Below, one piece after another: positions 59,176 through 64,000 of a stretch of 64,000 nt of DNA. Positions within the stretch are counted from its first letter, which is position 1. The number at the start of each line of letters is the position of its first letter. The notes below the pieces were generated by a model that did not search any database, was not told where the DNA came from, and saw only the letters and a program-made list of their open reading frames with translations. The position numbers and the translations under genes are program-made. Source of the DNA: Klebsormidium nitens (taxonomy: Eukaryota; Plantae; Klebsormidiophyceae); the NCBI GenBank assembly GCA_000708835.1, contig DF237360.1:1-64000 (forward strand), given 5' to 3'.

Positions 59176-62100
59176 ATGGGCCGGGAGATGGTAACTTCCC
59201 CTGGGGCAGGCGAAGGGCGGCAGTCGCAGGTCCCCAGGCTAGTAATCACACGCATGGAGCTTGTGAACTTCAAGTCCTATGCCGGCACAAAATCCATAGG
59301 CCCCTTTCACAAGGTAAGACTGGCTCGTTTCATGAGTAATGTAGTTGGTCGCCGTTGCATATCCAAACGAAGGTAACAGCCAAACACTGTTTGGAATGCG
59401 GAGACCTTTGGAAGTCCTCTGCCTTTCAGTCTTGCTGGAAGGGGCCAACGTGCAGCCCACGCTGTTGTAGATCAATTGATCGTAAAATGGGCTTGCTTTC
59501 TGCTATGAAGGGTGTGAGTGTGATGCCCAGTCTACAGCCAAAGGAATGCTGTCATTCAAGAGCGACACCTGGTGGACCTGGAGAATCCTCAACGATTACC
59601 CGACGATAGGAAGCCTCAGCATTTGCAAATCTAAGAATCCAAGATTGCATGGCACTGCCAGTAGCAAAACCGTGTGACTGTGACCAACTCGTCTAGAAGA
59701 TCTTGGTGAATGGACTGCAAGTTCTCTGCTAGAACCTCCTCTGCATAATGTGGTGGCAGTCTCGCAACGGACTTACGAAAGCTCTGATAGAGCAATCTTC
59801 TGCCACGATTCCTTCTTTTTTCTGCTCTTTCTCCCCCAAGGTCGCCGCTTATGTAGCGCCTGTACTCCTGCAGTGCTTCTCTTCTGTTGTTGGTCCAAAT
59901 GGGAGCGGGAAGTCGAACGTCATCGACGCCATGCTCTTTGTTTTTGGGAAGAAGGCAAAGCAGGTATGTCCGCTGAAACCTTACCGTGGCAGCCAGAAAG
60001 TTTTCCCTGCGTTGCCTCTCCCCAAGGGCTTTTCGCAAGCACATCTTGAGTTCATGGTGGTAGATTAATGGTGCACATCTGATTAGCAGAGTGGTAATGT
60101 GGGTCAAGAATGCTCACACAGTTTCGTCATTCAAGATTCTGCCCGCTGTGGAGTTTGGAGTGTAAAGGCTCCCATAGCTAGCGTTGCAAGTATCGTTTAT
60201 CATCGCCAACACTGATGAGGCACAATGATCGGACAGAAAATGTTGCCCCCCCATGTCTGCAGCTACGGCTCAACAAAGTCTCGGAGCTGATCCACAACTC
60301 GACAAACCATCAGAACCTGCCTTATGCAGAGGTCTCGGTATACTTCCAGATGATCGTTGACTTGGTAAGCGATCCATTCTTTCCAGACCAGTGTGTCTCC
60401 AAAGTTGCTGGACCTTCAGACATGATCAAAGCTGGTCATGCCTCTCGTAGGGCAGAATTACTTTGGAGGCCATTGAACAATGATATCTACACGCAAGCCC
60501 TGGGCAATCTTTGAATACGTCCTTCTCCGGGGGAGGGACCCCAGCGACCATCCACTGTACAGAACTTTCCGTTCATAGAGAAGAAGGTTCGAACTAACCA
60601 GATAGACATGACATACTCTGTTCAATGATCGACGTGCAGGATGATGAGAACTCAGAGCCCGTGCCGGGGACTGAGCTCGTGGTAACTAGGCGCGCCAACC
60701 GGGACAACAGTTCTAAGTACATGATCAACGGCAGGAACAGCACGTTCACAGAGGTCACGGAACTGCTCAAAGGGAAGGGCATCGACCTTGACAACAACCG
60801 CTTCCTGATCCTCCAGGTGGGGTGCTGTGCTCTCTTTCAGTGAATTGCAAACTTTCAAGGTTTGTGCCCATACCAACTTGACATGGGCGGTGGCTGAGTT
60901 GCGATTGGCAGTGGCTGAGGTGTATTTAGCAGAATGACATGTATCAGGCTGCGTCAAGCAAATAGTCCCAGTCAAGCCGTTCGCTGCTTCGATTCGCTAC
61001 CCGCATCCAGGGCTTTCCACCAGAGGTCAACCATCCACTTGCTGAAGTAATTGCTTCACGAAGAGCCTTCCTGTGCTAGACTCATGGTATGCACAGTCGC
61101 AAGCTCCAGGTGAGCGCCGCTTTCAAGGCCCTGTTTCTGAGGCGTGTGTTGCTGCTCAGGGCGAGGTGGAGCAGATTGCCATGATGAAGCCCAAGGCGCA
61201 AGGCCCCCACGACGAGGGCCTCCTCGAGTACCTCTCAGACATCATCGGCTGCGACCACTACAACGAGCGCATCGACCAGGCCAGCCAAAAGTGAGCAAGG
61301 ATCCTGGCTTTGGATTCGTTTTGGTGGAGCGGGGTTTCAAAGGGTTGCACTTGCAAGTATGTTCTGATGCAGTCACACAACGGCTGAACTAAGAAGTCTG
61401 ATGGCCTGTCTCCGAAAAGATTTGAGTCCGGTTCTGCAGATTGACCGCTTTGAGATTAGACAGCCGGTTGAGCTGTGCTGGCGTGTTGGTGCATTCTTGT
61501 ACCTCACCGGTGGTCCTACTCAAATTTGATATCATATTCCTTGAAAAATCCCGTGCCTGTTTGTCTCGAATATAGAAGTTCCACGTCGCTTCAAAACGAG
61601 CTTGCCGTCAGGTGTGGTTGTGAGAGTTCGTTTCGTCGTCTCTGTTCGGATCACGAGCTGGTCGATCGAAGCTCTAAGGCATCTGTCTCTGCAGGGTCGA
61701 GCAACTGAGCGAGGAGCGCACAGGGAAGCTCCAGCATGTCAAGATTGCGGAGAAGCAGATGTCCAGCCTCGAGGTAAGTCTGAGCTCTGGAAGTCACCCC
61801 ATGAGGAAAATCAGCAGGCTCCTTTGCAAGGAGACTGGTACCAGCTTTGAGCGAACCTCGAAGCAGACAGGAAGCAGATCATGGAAAGCGTCAGGCTTTG
61901 GACAGGCTCACCTCGCGGTTGTTGTCTCTATTCGACATTATCAAGAGCACCCCTCCTCATTTGCCGTTACAAATTCGCGGTCTCGTCGAAGTTGACTAGC
62001 TTGTGCAGATTTTGGGCTGCCATACAAGAACTCGTGGCTTCAAAGTCGTCCTGTTGGGTGCTAGTACTGATTCCTTTGTCGGTGGGACACGTTCTGATAC

Positions 62101-63897
62101 TAACGTTTTTCTTCTTGCAGGGCGCCAAGACTGAGGCGGAGCTGTTCATCCGGAAGGAGTCGGAGCTGCTCCAGGCTAAGGTAATCGACCTGCAGCTGTG
62201 CCTGGAGGAGAACGAGCGCGCGCTCGTGACCAATAAGGCCAACCAGGCCGCACTTGAGAAGAAGCTCGAGGAGGAACGGTGAGCGTGATTCTTGTGGTTA
62301 TGCTGTCGAGAAACATGGTAAAATGAATTGAACGCCATGCTGATCTATGCAATTTTGTAAGCTGAGAAAGGACCTCGTTCAGAGTACCCATCCCTAACCT
62401 GATTCTTGGAGCAATTAGTGCCGAAGCCGGCAGGTAGCGCTGCAAAAGACGTCGTGTCGTGTACCGAGTTCGAGAGTTCACTGCTCCTCTCAGCGTTTTC
62501 CCAAGCGTTACATTCTTATGAGGCGATAGGAGCAGAGGGCCCCCAACGATCGACACGTCTGCGAGTGGGAATTGGGAGTTGAATCTGCGGCATACGCACT
62601 ATTCAAAGGACTAGCACGTAATTGTTCAGCATCTGCGCTCGTCCTTCCCTACGGCAAGCTCCAAAGTGATGCATTTTCGACTTCTTTCGCTACAGCGCCA
62701 AGCGGGCCGACGACGAAGCGCAGGCCAAGGTACTGGAGAAGGAGTTTACCGTCCACCGGAAGGCCTTCGAGGTCAGCATCCGTTCCCTTATGGTGGTTCC
62801 GACCTTTGAAACTTTCGTTCTTGGACCAGAAACAACGTCACGCTGTTCGTCAAACGTGGCCCCCTTACCAATTGCGGTGAAAGGTCACCAACGAATATTG
62901 AATCGTCTATCGTCCTGTATTTCGAGTTCCGAAACTGCCAAACGGTGCTAAATCTGGCGTCGACATAAGCTGCCAAGTTTCCGGTGGTATCACGTATGGA
63001 GTAACATATTCAGACCGGCAATTGGTATTAGACTTCAGACTGCTGTTCCTTCGAGCCGCCCCTCAAAAGGCGGGGGGTCCCACCATAGTCTTGCTTCCCA
63101 GCCCTCTGCAACGTCATCCTTCCCGTTCGTTGACCTCGTCCTACCTCTCGGTCCCCCATCCTAGTTCGTGAGCGATGCCTTTGGTGTATGCGTTTGTATG
63201 TGAAAGAATTATCAACCACCCCGTGAGCTCCAATCCTGCTCTTTTCAACATCCGCAGCGCGTCTATTGCTATCGTTTTCGTCTGCTGACGTGTAGTTTCT
63301 TCTCTGTCCTCGTGCAGAAAATCGAGAAGGAGCTGGACAGCGCCAAGGAGCAGTTCGCCGAGTTCGAGCGCAAGGACGTCAAACTCCGCGAGGATCTGAA
63401 GCACCTCAAGGAGAAGCTGAAGAAGCTCGACCAGAAAGCCAAAAAGGTGCGCTCCGCGCCCACATATCTTACGTAGAAGCACTTGCCCCGATGGCGATGG
63501 GTTGCTCGCCCGTAGGTGCTGACCATTCTGCGCCAGCCGACAGTAAGCTCTTGCCCGCGCGAAGGTCAGCAATCAGACCACTTTTTAGAAGTGCCCTCGA
63601 ACCGAGAAGCTTGTGCTTCATACAAGAACGTCTGAAGTCTTTCGTCCCTAGTCTGAAACAACGGTTCTGGCTCTCTAAAAGGTCATCCACGAAGTCTCGG
63701 CGACCTTATTAGAGAGGCATCCGGCTGAAATATGTTCATTGCTGGCTTTCAGGACGTCCAAAAGCGGGCAGAGCTGGAGAAGGAGTCTGCGGACGCTGTG
63801 GAAAGCATCCCGCGGCTCGAGGGGGAGCACGCGCAACTGGTAGCGGACCTGCCGGCGCAGGAGAAGCTGCTCGACGAGTACAAGGAGAAAGCCAAAG
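59176..63897 (+). CDS. SMC4: Structural maintenance of chromosomes protein 4 (condensin CAP-C), 5' part; continues beyond the window
   Basis: Exons 59176-59313, 59874-59963, 60263-60364, 60640-60816, 61160-61290, 61695-61773, 62121-62278, 62696-62771, 63318-63446, 63753-63897. Motifs: LVNFKSYAG...[49 protein letters not shown] (Walker A), GIDLDNNRFLILQGEVEQIAMMKPK (Q-loop), EFERKDVKLREDLKH, all SMC4-type. Confidence 0.96.
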
Positions 63898-64000
63898 GTA
63901 GGTCATGTGGAGAGCTTCCTTTTCTGGGCGCATCTCAGACCTATGATGCGAGCATATTCAAATACATTGTAACCAATTGATGCGCAACTCAGCGCAGGAA

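Overview
Intron-rich eukaryotic nuclear DNA with GT-AG introns, CTGAC branch sites and about one gene per 6 kb. Gene content and style suggest a streptophyte alga such as Klebsormidium; this is an inference. I reconstructed exon chains by hand for ten genes, which mostly alternate strands: a USP-domain protein (+), a glyoxalase/VOC protein (-), a partly resolved hypothetical gene (-), a TPR + R3HCC1-like RRM protein (+), a 16-exon HEAT-repeat protein (-), a GH2 LacZ-type beta-galactosidase (+), ARL5/ARFC1 (-), a GONST3/4 (GFT1)-like nucleotide-sugar transporter (+), a candidate cyanobacterial-type LptC beta-jellyroll protein (-), and the 5' part of SMC4 (+). Three MITEs have clear TIRs and TSDs. 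The most striking non-genic pattern is five tandem arrays of roughly 100-170 bp units in four genes. Each unit is an intron 3' end plus a copy of the start of the next exon. Only the last copy continues into the real exon, and in most arrays the copies are more diverged the further upstream they lie. Mirror-image duplications occur at some donors. The tail-to-tail intergenic spacers are rich in CATG and short palindromes. No rRNA, tRNA or CRISPR array is supported. Exon coordinates are manual and were not checked against transcripts.
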